Sequence record: MW349129.1
Direction: 5' to 3' (one strand)
Length of the DNA: 64,000 nucleotides
The notes beneath the pieces were generated by a model that was given only the letters and a program-made list of their open reading frames with translations, did not search any database and was not told the origin of the DNA. The stretch's first letter is position 1; each line of letters begins with the position of its first letter. The position numbers and the translations under genes are program-made. Below are positions 19,183-28,491 of the stretch, one piece after another.

Positions 19183-22100
19183 CTATTTCAATTCTTCTAA
19201 TAAACGGTCTAATTCTTTAGTAGATGCTAATGTATTTCTATCTATATTAGCTAACATTCTTACTAAATCATCTGAATACCATAATTTTTCATAATCATAA
19301 GTATAACCAGAGTTACCATTTTCAATTTTAGAATTTTTATAATTGTTTACAATTTTATTATAATGGTTAGTTACTCGGTTTTTACCTTTTATAAATTCTT
19401 TATTCACATTTTCATTATTAATGACATTACTTTGTCCATTTTGATAGTTGTTATTAACTGTTTGAGTATTTTTACTACCTTGATTATTGACATTGTTATT
19501 ACCTTTATTAATATTAGAGAAACCACTATTATTTAATGTTGGTAATTGGAATACCGGAGGATTTCCGATATTCTTATTATTAGTTATTTGAGAACTTGAT
19601 TCTTGTGGTTTAGATGGCGATGCTGAAGAATCAGAACTATCTGAAGATTCTTTATCTCCAGAATCTTCACTTCCAGATCCTGATGAACCTGATCCGGATT
19701 CAGATTTCTTCTTACCGGCTTCAGATTTTTTCTTTTCTTGTTGTTCTTGATCGATCTTTTTAGCTTCTTCATAGTCAATACCATATATCTGAGCATAACG
19801 TTTCATTAATCTATCATTTAATTCTTCTTGCTCGTCTTCATCCATACGATTATCATCACGACCAGTTATTGAACCGTACCAAGTACCATTTTTGAAACTA
19901 TATTCTGAAGCTCCTGGACCTGATTCACTATTTCCTTCTTGCTCGTCTTCATCACTTTTAGAAGCAGAAGAACTAGATCCTCCTCCGCCAATAGTCTCTT
20001 TAATTGTACTTGCTAAAGCTTTCTTACCTTTACTATTCGGATGAACACCTAAACCATCATTTTCAATCATATCAGAACTGGCTTTACTATTCCAGTCTAT
20101 TACTTTTGAATCTGAACTTTCAATAGCTTTGTTAGTTGCTTCAATAATATCAGAAATATCAGATCCTTTTCTCTTTTCAGGATCTACATACGTATTAACA
20201 AAGTATACATCTGCTTTGTCATACATATCTTCTATTTCTTTAACATTACCTGTAGTTAATCCTCCATTAGTACCTAATTGTACTATAATTGCATTTTTAT
20301 CTTTATTGTATTTCTTTTTGTTGGATTCTAATACATTTTTACCATTAGGCGAAGGACCTCCACTTGAATAAGTTCTTGAAGGAACTGCATTAATTTGAAT
20401 TTTACTAACTGATTTTCTTATTTCAGAAGCAGCTCCTGCACCTATGGAGTCACCTACCATAAATACTTTATTGTAGGATTTACCTCCACCGCCTCCACCA
20501 GTTACTGTTTTAGCTATTTTTCTAATGGCTTCAGGAGTATTACTGAATGGAAATCTATCTTTAACAAAATTATCAACTCGTTTTTTAATCTTCTTAATAT
20601 TGTATATATCTGAATTGTAAATCTTAGTTTTTTCTTTTTCTGCCTTTTCTTCAGTTTTCTTCTGATTATTTTCTAATTTATTTAAAAGAGCTCTATCATT
20701 TCTTACTTCTTTAGCTCTTTGTCTTTTAGCTTCTTTGACTTCTTGTGATTTATAACCACCGTCTACCATTTTTACAGTAGGATCAAATGCAGCTCCACCT
20801 TTTTTACCTTTTTTAGATTTTCCAGCTTTACTACCTTTGTCTTCATCACTACCGCCTTTAGAACCTTTTAAAGGAGCTTTAATCCAAGGTGATGGATCTA
20901 CAGAGTTTTTCTCCATAGCCCAACCGCCTGGTTTACCTTTATTTATTTGGAAGTGAAGGTGACCTGAACCAGCAGTATTAGCACCAGTGTTACCTGAGAT
21001 TGCTATAACTTGTCCAATTTTAACTTTATCGCCCTTTTTAACTAATTGTTTAGATAAATGCATATACGTACTATAGATGTTACCAGGTGATTTAACTTGA
21101 ACAACATTACCTCCACCCGGATCGGTGTCTGATCTAATAACTGTACCTTCTACCATACATTTAACTTTTTGACCTGGAAGCATACCTATATCAATACCAT
21201 AGTGCTTTCCTCCGTTAAATGATAAACCAGAGTAGTTACCATATGGTTGCCAAATCGCAGCACTTGGTATTTTTTTCATCCAAGCACCAACTGTACCATC
21301 TGGTATTTGATTAATAGAACCAGGTACAATTTTCTTAGTATTCATATCTACTTCGCCAGCTTCACCTGAAACTTCAGGTTCACCGTCTCCACCAGAATCG
21401 CCACCACTAGAATTTTTCATTTTAGACATTGCAACAACCATTTCTTCCATTTTAACTAAGAAACGACTGAACCAGTCTCCAATTTCACCTTTACCATATT
21501 TAGAGAAATCAATTCCACCCTTAGCTATTTGATACAAACTACCTAGAGGTGTACTCATGAACATATCTTTTTGAATATTTTCTTCAGCCTTCGGTCCTGA
21601 TTTCATTTTATTATCGGTAACTGTTTTAAACATATCTCCGCCAACTTTAGCTAGTGGGAACATAGGAGATGTTCTAAACATTAGTTTAGAAGTACTTAAT
21701 ATTAATCTACCTAGACCTGTTTCATCTTCAGTATGTTTTTCTTCTTTACTTTTAGCTTCATCCTCTATTTTATCACCGGGATGCTCTCCAATTCCAAAGA
21801 AGCTACCTAATGTTTTAATTGGATGTTTTAATGATTCTATAGGATGTTTAATAGTCTTAATAATATCAGGAGCCCACAATGCTGCACCAATTACTGGTCC
21901 AACGAATGGTATGAATGGTAATGCTGTTTTCAATCCTGCTTTTAATGCAAATTTTCCTCCAGCTTTCGCTGCACCTTTACCAAATAATTTATTTTTAGCT
22001 TTACCTATAGCACCAAAAGCTTTTCCTCCAAGTTTCTTAGCTCCGCCAAATAAACCTTTACCGATAGATTTAACTCTGTTAAAGCCATTAGAAGCAAATT

Positions 22101-25100
22101 TACTTAATCCCTTAGTAGCAGCTGAAGCATTCTTTTTATTAAATATTTTAGATATACCACTTTTAGCTACGTTCCCTATAGTTTTACCAACACTTAATCC
22201 TTTTTTGACTAATCCTGCACCTTTACCGATAACCATTTTGCCTAAAGCTTTAACAGTAGGTATTTTACCTTTAGCAAATTTCCCAATACCTTTAAATACG
22301 TTACCTATCTTTTTAGGAACACCTGTAATACCTTTAAATAATTTTCCTAATCCAAATTTTCCAGCTATATTTTTAATTCCGCCACCTATTTTACCTAACA
22401 TTCCAGGCATACCAGTAAAGAATTTACCTATTCCACCCGGTAATAATTTAGATAATAATTTAGGTCCAAATTTAGCAGCTAAGAACCCTCCAGCACCTAG
22501 CATAGCAGCGTTACCTAAGAACCCTCCAGCAGATGCTAAGAATCCTTTCTTACCAGGTTCTAGGTCTTTTTTACCATTTCTACCTTTCATTAATGAACCT
22601 AATACAGCTGCAGAAGTTCCAGCAAATAAAACTGGTCCCATTTTACTAAAATCAAGCATACCATTCATCATTTTTTTAGCACCAATGGATTTTTCAGCTT
22701 CTCCACCTTTTCCAAAGTTTATATTACCTCTAATGGATTCAGCAATTTCTTTTTTATTGGAACCTGTTATTTTAGACATAACATCTTCCCCAGATTTTCC
22801 TGCATCGGCAGTTGAAAGGCCTTGTTTCATTCTTTCTAAAGCTCCAGCATCTTGAGAATCTTCCATATCTTTTTTAATAGTTGGATCATTGCCAAAAGCA
22901 GTTTTAACTAAATCGATTATTGTACTCTTAGCTTTCTTTTCTTTTTCCTCTCTAGTTAAATCATCTATTGTTTTGCTTGGTTCTTTAGTGTAAGTATCTT
23001 TATTAGCCTCATTATTATTAATTGATAATTTATTTAAACCAGGAATATTCTTCATTAAATCCATTAATGGATTATTATCTATAATACTAGATTGATTTAT
23101 ATTCTGATAAGGATATTCATCATCTTGATCTGGTTGAGTATTTTCTTGAGTTGAATTAACTCTACTAGATGCAGAAGAAACCATATCTTTAATAGCACTT
23201 GTAGGGTTTTCTTTGTATTCTTTAGCTTTATTAACTGCATTAGAAAGACTATTTAATTTATCCATTACAGAAGCATGAGCTTCATTACTTCCATTATTTC
23301 CACTTAGAATAGGGAAATTTTTACCTTTATCTATGATATTATTGATCGTATTAACTTTATTATTAATAAATTCTTTATTATTATTAATATTATCATTACT
23401 GAAATTATTGTCTAATTTTCTTTCTATTTCTAAGAAAATATTTTTAATTTCTTCTAAATCACTATTTTCCCAGTTAATATTACCAAAATCTTTAATCTGA
23501 TTAATATTATCATTATTATTAGATCTAGAATAAGTCGAATTAGATTTATTTAAACCTTCTATTTCAGTAAATGCCATTATTCTTGAATTATCTTTTTTAT
23601 CAAGTGTTTTTGAAATAGATTTCTTAATATTGAATAAATCAGTATTAAATTTAGCTGAATTCTTTTCAAACACTTCAGATAATGACTCAGTATTAACATT
23701 TATATTTTTCTGATTAACTATTTCTTTAAGTTTAGAAGTTTTTTGGATAGGTTTGTCTATTTTAGTTAATTCAGCTAAAACTTCTTTAGTTCTTTCTTCA
23801 TCATTATCTAATTTAGATAATAATTCTTTACCTAAATAAGTATCTTTAAAATTAAATAAAGAATCTGATTTAATCTTATCCAAGTCTTTTTTCTTAGCCG
23901 AACCTCGATTTTCCCAAACGCCTTTTCGGTAATTATAGATACTACCTAATTCAGCATTATCTGCTAATCCACCTGAACGACCTTCTTTTTTGGCTATCAA
24001 ATTACCTTGAAGTCTAGATAAGAAGTCTGGTATAACTTTATTAATAGACGTATGAGATTCCATATCAAATTGAACAGGAGTATCTTTTTTACGTTTATTT
24101 TTTAGAGAAATACCGCCTTTACCATCACCTAATAACTCTTCTTTAAATTGATCTAATCTACCTGAAAGAGCATTTCCTAAATTAGATATATACTTATTAT
24201 CATTGCCAGTTAATCTTTCTAAACCTTTAGTAAGTTTACTATCTTCATCAAGATTTCTATTAATAAGCATAGAACCTATATTTTGTGGATCAAATCTTTT
24301 ATTCAATCTATTAAATATATTTTTATTATCGCCTTCAGGATCATAACCACCAATATCACCGTAAAGAAGTTTATTAAATGCAATTTTAGCTCCTTGAGTT
24401 GCAGCAAATTCAATAGGATTTTTAGCTACACCCATCAGCATTGATTTAAGTTGGTCTCCGGACATCATACCCATTAATAAATTTTCAGGATTAGTTTTCT
24501 CATCCAAATATTTTAATAAACTAACATTTCCATTTAATATGGAATGTAATTTATTTTGTTTATCTCTTTTGGTATTTTCTTCCATTATCGTATTCTGGTA
24601 TATACCATCTTGTATTGTACTTAAATTTGATAAAGCTGAATCTACGAGACTATTAGTTGCTTGCATTGATAAAGAATAATTATTCAGTGCAATATTTGTT
24701 CCAACAAATCCTCTTTGATTTATCTCAGCTAAATTATTCATTGCTACTAGAGGTGAATTTGTTATTCTAGATTTCTTTTTATCTGATAAACTAACAATTT
24801 CAGATTTAGTTCCATCAGGATTATCGATATATTCTGTTACTGATTCATATTCAGGTTTTTCATTAGATAATTTTTCATTACTACTTGAAAAAAGATCATT
24901 TTCATTAGATTTATTTTTTAGTGTTTTTAATAAATCATTAGTAGAACCTTTAACTTCAGAAAATTTTTTTAATCTTCTTTCATCATTGTTGAATAATTTT
25001 AAACCTGAATCTCCCACTATAGCATCTAATGATGGATTAGATTTTATAAACGCATTAAAAAGAATACGACCAGTATTTTTAGAAGCATTTTTAATGACAG

Positions 25101-25161
25101 TTGATTTATTATTATTTTCTAATTGTCTAATATTCTTTTTATTTCTATTATTTTTAGCCAA
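19183..25161 (-). CDS. Giant tail (tape-measure-like) protein with M23 peptidase and OatA-like SGNH hydrolase domains
   Basis: HYGID..YMHLS..GNTG..HLHF (about 20880-21250); VGDSI..QLGTNG..VIDW..DGLGVHP (about 19988-20475); paralogous to 13268-19159. Confidence 0.8.
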   Translation of the reverse strand: MAKNNRNKKNIRQLENNNKSTVIKNASKNTGRILFNAFIKSNPSLDAIVGDSGLKLFNNDERRLKKFSEVKGSTNDLLKTLKNKSNENDLFSSSNEKLSNEKPEYESVTEYIDNPDGTKSEIVSLSDKKKSRITNSPLVAMNNLAEINQRGFVGTNIALNNYSLSMQATNSLVDSALSNLSTIQDGIYQNTIMEENTKRDKQNKLHSILNGNVSLLKYLDEKTNPENLLMGMMSGDQLKSMLMGVAKNPIEFAATQGAKIAFNKLLYGDIGGYDPEGDNKNIFNRLNKRFDPQNIGSMLINRNLDEDSKLTKGLERLTGNDNKYISNLGNALSGRLDQFKEELLGDGKGGISLKNKRKKDTPVQFDMESHTSINKVIPDFLSRLQGNLIAKKEGRSGGLADNAELGSIYNYRKGVWENRGSAKKKDLDKIKSDSLFNFKDTYLGKELLSKLDNDEERTKEVLAELTKIDKPIQKTSKLKEIVNQKNINVNTESLSEVFEKNSAKFNTDLFNIKKSISKTLDKKDNSRIMAFTEIEGLNKSNSTYSRSNNNDNINQIKDFGNINWENSDLEEIKNIFLEIERKLDNNFSNDNINNNKEFINNKVNTINNIIDKGKNFPILSGNNGSNEAHASVMDKLNSLSNAVNKAKEYKENPTSAIKDMVSSASSRVNSTQENTQPDQDDEYPYQNINQSSIIDNNPLMDLMKNIPGLNKLSINNNEANKDTYTKEPSKTIDDLTREEKEKKAKSTIIDLVKTAFGNDPTIKKDMEDSQDAGALERMKQGLSTADAGKSGEDVMSKITGSNKKEIAESIRGNINFGKGGEAEKSIGAKKMMNGMLDFSKMGPVLFAGTSAAVLGSLMKGRNGKKDLEPGKKGFLASAGGFLGNAAMLGAGGFLAAKFGPKLLSKLLPGGIGKFFTGMPGMLGKIGGGIKNIAGKFGLGKLFKGITGVPKKIGNVFKGIGKFAKGKIPTVKALGKMVIGKGAGLVKKGLSVGKTIGNVAKSGISKIFNKKNASAATKGLSKFASNGFNRVKSIGKGLFGGAKKLGGKAFGAIGKAKNKLFGKGAAKAGGKFALKAGLKTALPFIPFVGPVIGAALWAPDIIKTIKHPIESLKHPIKTLGSFFGIGEHPGDKIEDEAKSKEEKHTEDETGLGRLILSTSKLMFRTSPMFPLAKVGGDMFKTVTDNKMKSGPKAEENIQKDMFMSTPLGSLYQIAKGGIDFSKYGKGEIGDWFSRFLVKMEEMVVAMSKMKNSSGGDSGGDGEPEVSGEAGEVDMNTKKIVPGSINQIPDGTVGAWMKKIPSAAIWQPYGNYSGLSFNGGKHYGIDIGMLPGQKVKCMVEGTVIRSDTDPGGGNVVQVKSPGNIYSTYMHLSKQLVKKGDKVKIGQVIAISGNTGANTAGSGHLHFQINKGKPGGWAMEKNSVDPSPWIKAPLKGSKGGSDEDKGSKAGKSKKGKKGGAAFDPTVKMVDGGYKSQEVKEAKRQRAKEVRNDRALLNKLENNQKKTEEKAEKEKTKIYNSDIYNIKKIKKRVDNFVKDRFPFSNTPEAIRKIAKTVTGGGGGGKSYNKVFMVGDSIGAGAASEIRKSVSKIQINAVPSRTYSSGGPSPNGKNVLESNKKKYNKDKNAIIVQLGTNGGLTTGNVKEIEDMYDKADVYFVNTYVDPEKRKGSDISDIIEATNKAIESSDSKVIDWNSKASSDMIENDGLGVHPNSKGKKALASTIKETIGGGGSSSSASKSDEDEQEGNSESGPGASEYSFKNGTWYGSITGRDDNRMDEDEQEELNDRLMKRYAQIYGIDYEEAKKIDQEQQEKKKSEAGKKKSESGSGSSGSGSEDSGDKESSDSSDSSASPSKPQESSSQITNNKNIGNPPVFQLPTLNNSGFSNINKGNNNVNNQGSKNTQTVNNNYQNGQSNVINNENVNKEFIKGKNRVTNHYNKIVNNYKNSKIENGNSGYTYDYEKLWYSDDLVRMLANIDRNTLASTKELDRLLEELK
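19697..19917. repeat. 221-bp direct repeat, copy 2
   Basis: Offset of 5480 bp from copy 1, no indels. Confidence 0.95.
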
Positions 25162-25194
25162 ACTTCAAATTCACCCCTAACATGATTTTCTTAA

Positions 25195-25206
25195 TACATA
25201 TATGTT
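25195..25206 (-). promoter_or_regulatory. Putative late promoter for the tail operon
   Basis: Minus strand AACA-TATATG-TA, upstream of the RBS of 25161. Confidence 0.6.
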
Positions 25207-25239
25207 TCTATCAGATTCATATAGATTAAATTAAAAGAT

Positions 25240-25307
25240 AAAAAAAAAATAAAATATTCACCCTAACACAAATAATCCAATTAAGGACTAAATGTGTTAG
25301 GGTGAAT
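25240..25307 (-). terminator. Intrinsic terminator
   Basis: ATTCACCCTAACACA / TGTGTTAGGGTGAAT 15-bp stem; long U-tract on the minus strand (A-run near 25240-25253). Confidence 0.8.
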
Positions 25308-25312
25308 TAATA

Positions 25313-25966
25313 TTATTTATTCTTGACTACATCTTGTATCTTATTCAATACACTATCTAAATTTTTAGTATAAACTAAATTAGTAAATAATACATCTAAT
25401 AAAAATACTATAGTTTTATGTGTAATGTAAAATAAATTATTAACTATTTTATCTTGTTCTTCTTCGCTAATTTCTTCTTTATCTTGATGATATTTTCTAT
25501 TAGGTAATGAACGTCTACTTAATCCCATATATTCAACTAAATATTCATTTAATTTCGTTTTAATATCATCAAGTCTATCATAATCACTAATACTCTTATC
25601 GTTAGCTAAAAGAAGAGTTTTGTTATAATCGATATTACTTGTTTGAAGAAATTTATTGTCCATATATTTACTTAATAATGTTGAATTGATAGATATTAAG
25701 TAAAGAATAATGTCTAATAATTCTTTTGATGCATTATTAATATATTCAAACTTCTGAGACTGATTGTATTCAGGATTATTAGTAATTTGATTTATTTCAT
25801 AATTAAATTCATGAATTTCTTCAACTATTTGAGGTATGAATCTATCTACCATTTGATGTAATTCCTCATTACCAAAATCGTAACGAGAAATTACATTTAC
25901 ATGATTTATATACATAGCACTTATATCTAATTCAATAGATTCTCTTTTCTTATAAAAATGTTTCAT
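25313..25966 (-). CDS. Putative all-alpha NTP pyrophosphohydrolase (MazG/dUTPase-like)
   Basis: IVEEIHEF (ExxE) and SKELLDII (ExxD); start moved to ATG 25966 behind a GGAGG SD. Confidence 0.45.
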   Translation of the reverse strand: MKHFYKKRESIELDISAMYINHVNVISRYDFGNEELHQMVDRFIPQIVEEIHEFNYEINQITNNPEYNQSQKFEYINNASKELLDIILYLISINSTLLSKYMDNKFLQTSNIDYNKTLLLANDKSISDYDRLDDIKTKLNEYLVEYMGLSRRSLPNRKYHQDKEEISEEEQDKIVNNLFYITHKTIVFLLDVLFTNLVYTKNLDSVLNKIQDVVKNK

Positions 25967-25995
25967 TGACAATTCCTCCATGTTTTTAATTGGTC

Positions 25996-26916
25996 TTATC
26001 TAAAACGTTTTTTGTATTCTTCTTCATATTTAGCATTGATATCTGAAACTTTAATATCTTTACCATCATCTGTTTTAAAGTTATCTTTATCAATTTCTTC
26101 ACCTTTAATTACTTCTTTATCTTCATTTTCTACTTTAGCTACCATAGCAATATGAGGTGGTACAAATGATGCTTGTTTAATTGTTTCCATTTTAGCATTA
26201 TGAATACGACCTTTAATTAATTTACGAGAGAAATGTACATTTTTCATAGTTATTGTTTTACCTTTAACTAATGCACTTTCTCTAAGTTCATCAATTTTAT
26301 TAATAATATCACTTAATTCTTTTTTAGAATATCTATTATCTTCTAGATTTGCTACTAAGTCATTAATAAGTTCTTCTTTAGTATAAGATTTCTCACTGAA
26401 TTTTTTAACATTTTTCTTTTTATTAGTCATTTTCTTTTTACCATCCTTTTGATTTGATTTAGTTTTTGTACTTTGTTTTTTCTCTTTTAATACTGGATTC
26501 TTAACTTCTTCTTTAGTCTCTTCTTGCTTAGTTTCTACTTTATCTTCTTCTTCTTGTTTCGTTTCTTTTTGCTTAATTTCTTTTGCCTTTTCTGGATTTA
26601 TACCTGAAGCTGTCATAGTTACTTTATCATAGGAACTTTCTGTTGGAATATCTTTAAGATTAATTTCAACATCTTTAAGTTCATCTGAATTGATGAAAAT
26701 TTCTTTTTTATCATAATTAATCTTAATAACATTATCATCTTCAGGAATTAAAACTAAATTCTTTCTGTCATATTTCTCTGGAATAGTTTCGATATCAAAT
26801 GTAATTGTATCTCCTTCATATCCTTGTTCTTCTGATAATTTAATCTTAGCTGACTCTAATACAGTTAAATCCTCTTTTTCTTTTGTAACTTTCTTTCTTG
26901 TAATTGCCATATCCAA
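25996..26916 (-). CDS. Protein with a C-terminal HU/IHF-like DNA-binding domain
   Basis: TKEELINDLV..YSKKELSDII..ALVKGKTITM..FSRKLIKGR pattern; charged N-terminal half. Confidence 0.55.
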   Translation of the reverse strand: MDMAITRKKVTKEKEDLTVLESAKIKLSEEQGYEGDTITFDIETIPEKYDRKNLVLIPEDDNVIKINYDKKEIFINSDELKDVEINLKDIPTESSYDKVTMTASGINPEKAKEIKQKETKQEEEDKVETKQEETKEEVKNPVLKEKKQSTKTKSNQKDGKKKMTNKKKNVKKFSEKSYTKEELINDLVANLEDNRYSKKELSDIINKIDELRESALVKGKTITMKNVHFSRKLIKGRIHNAKMETIKQASFVPPHIAMVAKVENEDKEVIKGEEIDKDNFKTDDGKDIKVSDINAKYEEEYKKRFR

Positions 26917-26963
26917 ATCTCTCCTTATATAAAATAATTTGAAGCTAATATTCTTACTAACTT

Positions 26964-26983
26964 CATTAAAATAATATATATTT
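26964..26983 (-). promoter_or_regulatory. Putative early promoter
   Basis: Minus strand AAATATATATTAT-TTTAAT-G followed by hairpin GAAGTTAGT/ATTAGCTTC. Confidence 0.7.
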
Positions 26984-26999
26984 ATATTATTAATTGAAG

Positions 27000-27180
27000 T
27001 TTATAAATTTTTATTATTAGAGTTTTTCTATGATCCAGAGTATTAATATATTTTATTAATTAAAAATATATTTATTAATAATATTTATATTAATATTAAT
27101 TATTAAATTTATAATTACTTACTAATATAAGTAATATATTAATACAAAATTTTAAAAATTTATAAATAAAAATTTTATAA
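27000..27180. other. Extreme A/T region with nested inverted repeats (candidate origin)
   Basis: 27041-27117 is A/T only; inverted repeats at 27000-27013/27153-27166 and 27040-27052/27133-27145. Confidence 0.4.
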
Positions 27181-27262
27181 AATCTGAATAACCAATTTAT
27201 ATTAATTAAAAAATCAATGACGTTTAAAAATATAATAAATTTGATTGAGGTGTATTAAGATA

Positions 27263-28471
27263 ATGGGTTTAAATAAAAAACAAGAAGAAGGATTAAGATT
27301 AGCTAAAGAATGGTATAATAATGATAGTCATAGGCCTTTTGTATTATCAGGTATTGCTGGAAGTGGGAAGTCATTTACAATGACTAAAATAATTGATTCT
27401 TTAGGCTTACATGAAGCTAATGTTTCTTTTATAGCATATACAGGAATGGCTGCAGGCGTGTTAGTCAAAAGAGGTTTGAATGCTACTACAATCCATAGAA
27501 CTATTTATAATCATTTTATGGATGAAAAAACTGGTAAAGTGAATTTTAGATTAAAAGATGAATTACCGAGAGATATTAAATTAATAATTATAGACGAAGT
27601 TTCAATGGTTCCTATGAAGATGATAGAAGAAATTCAAAGTTTTGGAATACCTATACTATGTTTAGGAGATCCAGCACAGCTTAAAAGTTTATCAGGAAGA
27701 AATGAATTATTAGATAAACCTGATATATTCTTAGATGAACCAGTAAGACAATCATTAGATAATCCTATACTTGTTGCAGCTAATTTAGTTCGTAATGGTA
27801 AAGATTTAGAATATGGTTCATATGGAGATAATGTACATGTAATTACTTCAGATGAATTGACTTTAGATATGTACCAGAATGCAGATCAAGTTCTAATGAG
27901 TTATAATAGAACGGTGGATCAATTTAATAGATTCTATAGAAGTCAAATATTAAATATTGATGTTGAAAATAATCCATTTCCTAAAGAAGATGAAAAAATT
28001 ATTTGTCTAAAAAATAATTGGTCTAAAGTAGTTAATGAAGGTAATATAACTCAATACTTAACTAATGGTTTGATTGGTAATATAACTAGATCTGGTAAAA
28101 AGAAACCTATGACTAAATCAACTCAGTTGGATTTTAAACCTAAAGGTTTTGAAATGGAAAGATTTAGTAGAATATATTACGATGATTTAATTTTTGAAGG
28201 TACTATTGGAGATCAACAAGAACTATTTGATTTAAGATTCAAAGATAATGAAATTAATAAAATATTTAAGAAACGATATGTAACCGAAATGTCTGATTTT
28301 GGTATGAAAGTAAATCCATTTAATTTTGCATACGGAATTACTATTCATAAATCTCAAGGTTCTGAATTTGATAATGTAATAGTATTTAGTGAAAATATGA
28401 GTAAAGATAGATTCAAGTCATTATATACAGCTATTACTCGTGCTAAAAAGAATTTAATTGTAGTTCAATAA
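27263..28471 (+). CDS. RecD2/Dda-like SF1B helicase
   Basis: GIAGSGKS, IIIDEVSMV, LGDPAQL, TIHKSQGSEF, LYTAITRA; GAGGTG SD favours ATG 27263. Confidence 0.9.
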   Translation: MGLNKKQEEGLRLAKEWYNNDSHRPFVLSGIAGSGKSFTMTKIIDSLGLHEANVSFIAYTGMAAGVLVKRGLNATTIHRTIYNHFMDEKTGKVNFRLKDELPRDIKLIIIDEVSMVPMKMIEEIQSFGIPILCLGDPAQLKSLSGRNELLDKPDIFLDEPVRQSLDNPILVAANLVRNGKDLEYGSYGDNVHVITSDELTLDMYQNADQVLMSYNRTVDQFNRFYRSQILNIDVENNPFPKEDEKIICLKNNWSKVVNEGNITQYLTNGLIGNITRSGKKKPMTKSTQLDFKPKGFEMERFSRIYYDDLIFEGTIGDQQELFDLRFKDNEINKIFKKRYVTEMSDFGMKVNPFNFAYGITIHKSQGSEFDNVIVFSENMSKDRFKSLYTAITRAKKNLIVVQ

Positions 28472-28491
28472 TATGTATAAGGATGATATAA

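Noticed and set aside
14217-19917. Diversity-generating retroelement TR/VR pair
   Set aside because: Mismatches are not adenine-specific, both copies are coding and mostly synonymous, and no reverse transcriptase is in the window.
21911-22855. 314-aa plus-strand ORF and other long antisense ORFs (16584, 13392, 14388, 14919, 20129, 7043 and others)
   Set aside because: Shadows of G/A/K-rich or low-complexity coding sequence on the opposite strand; no SD and no recognisable motifs.
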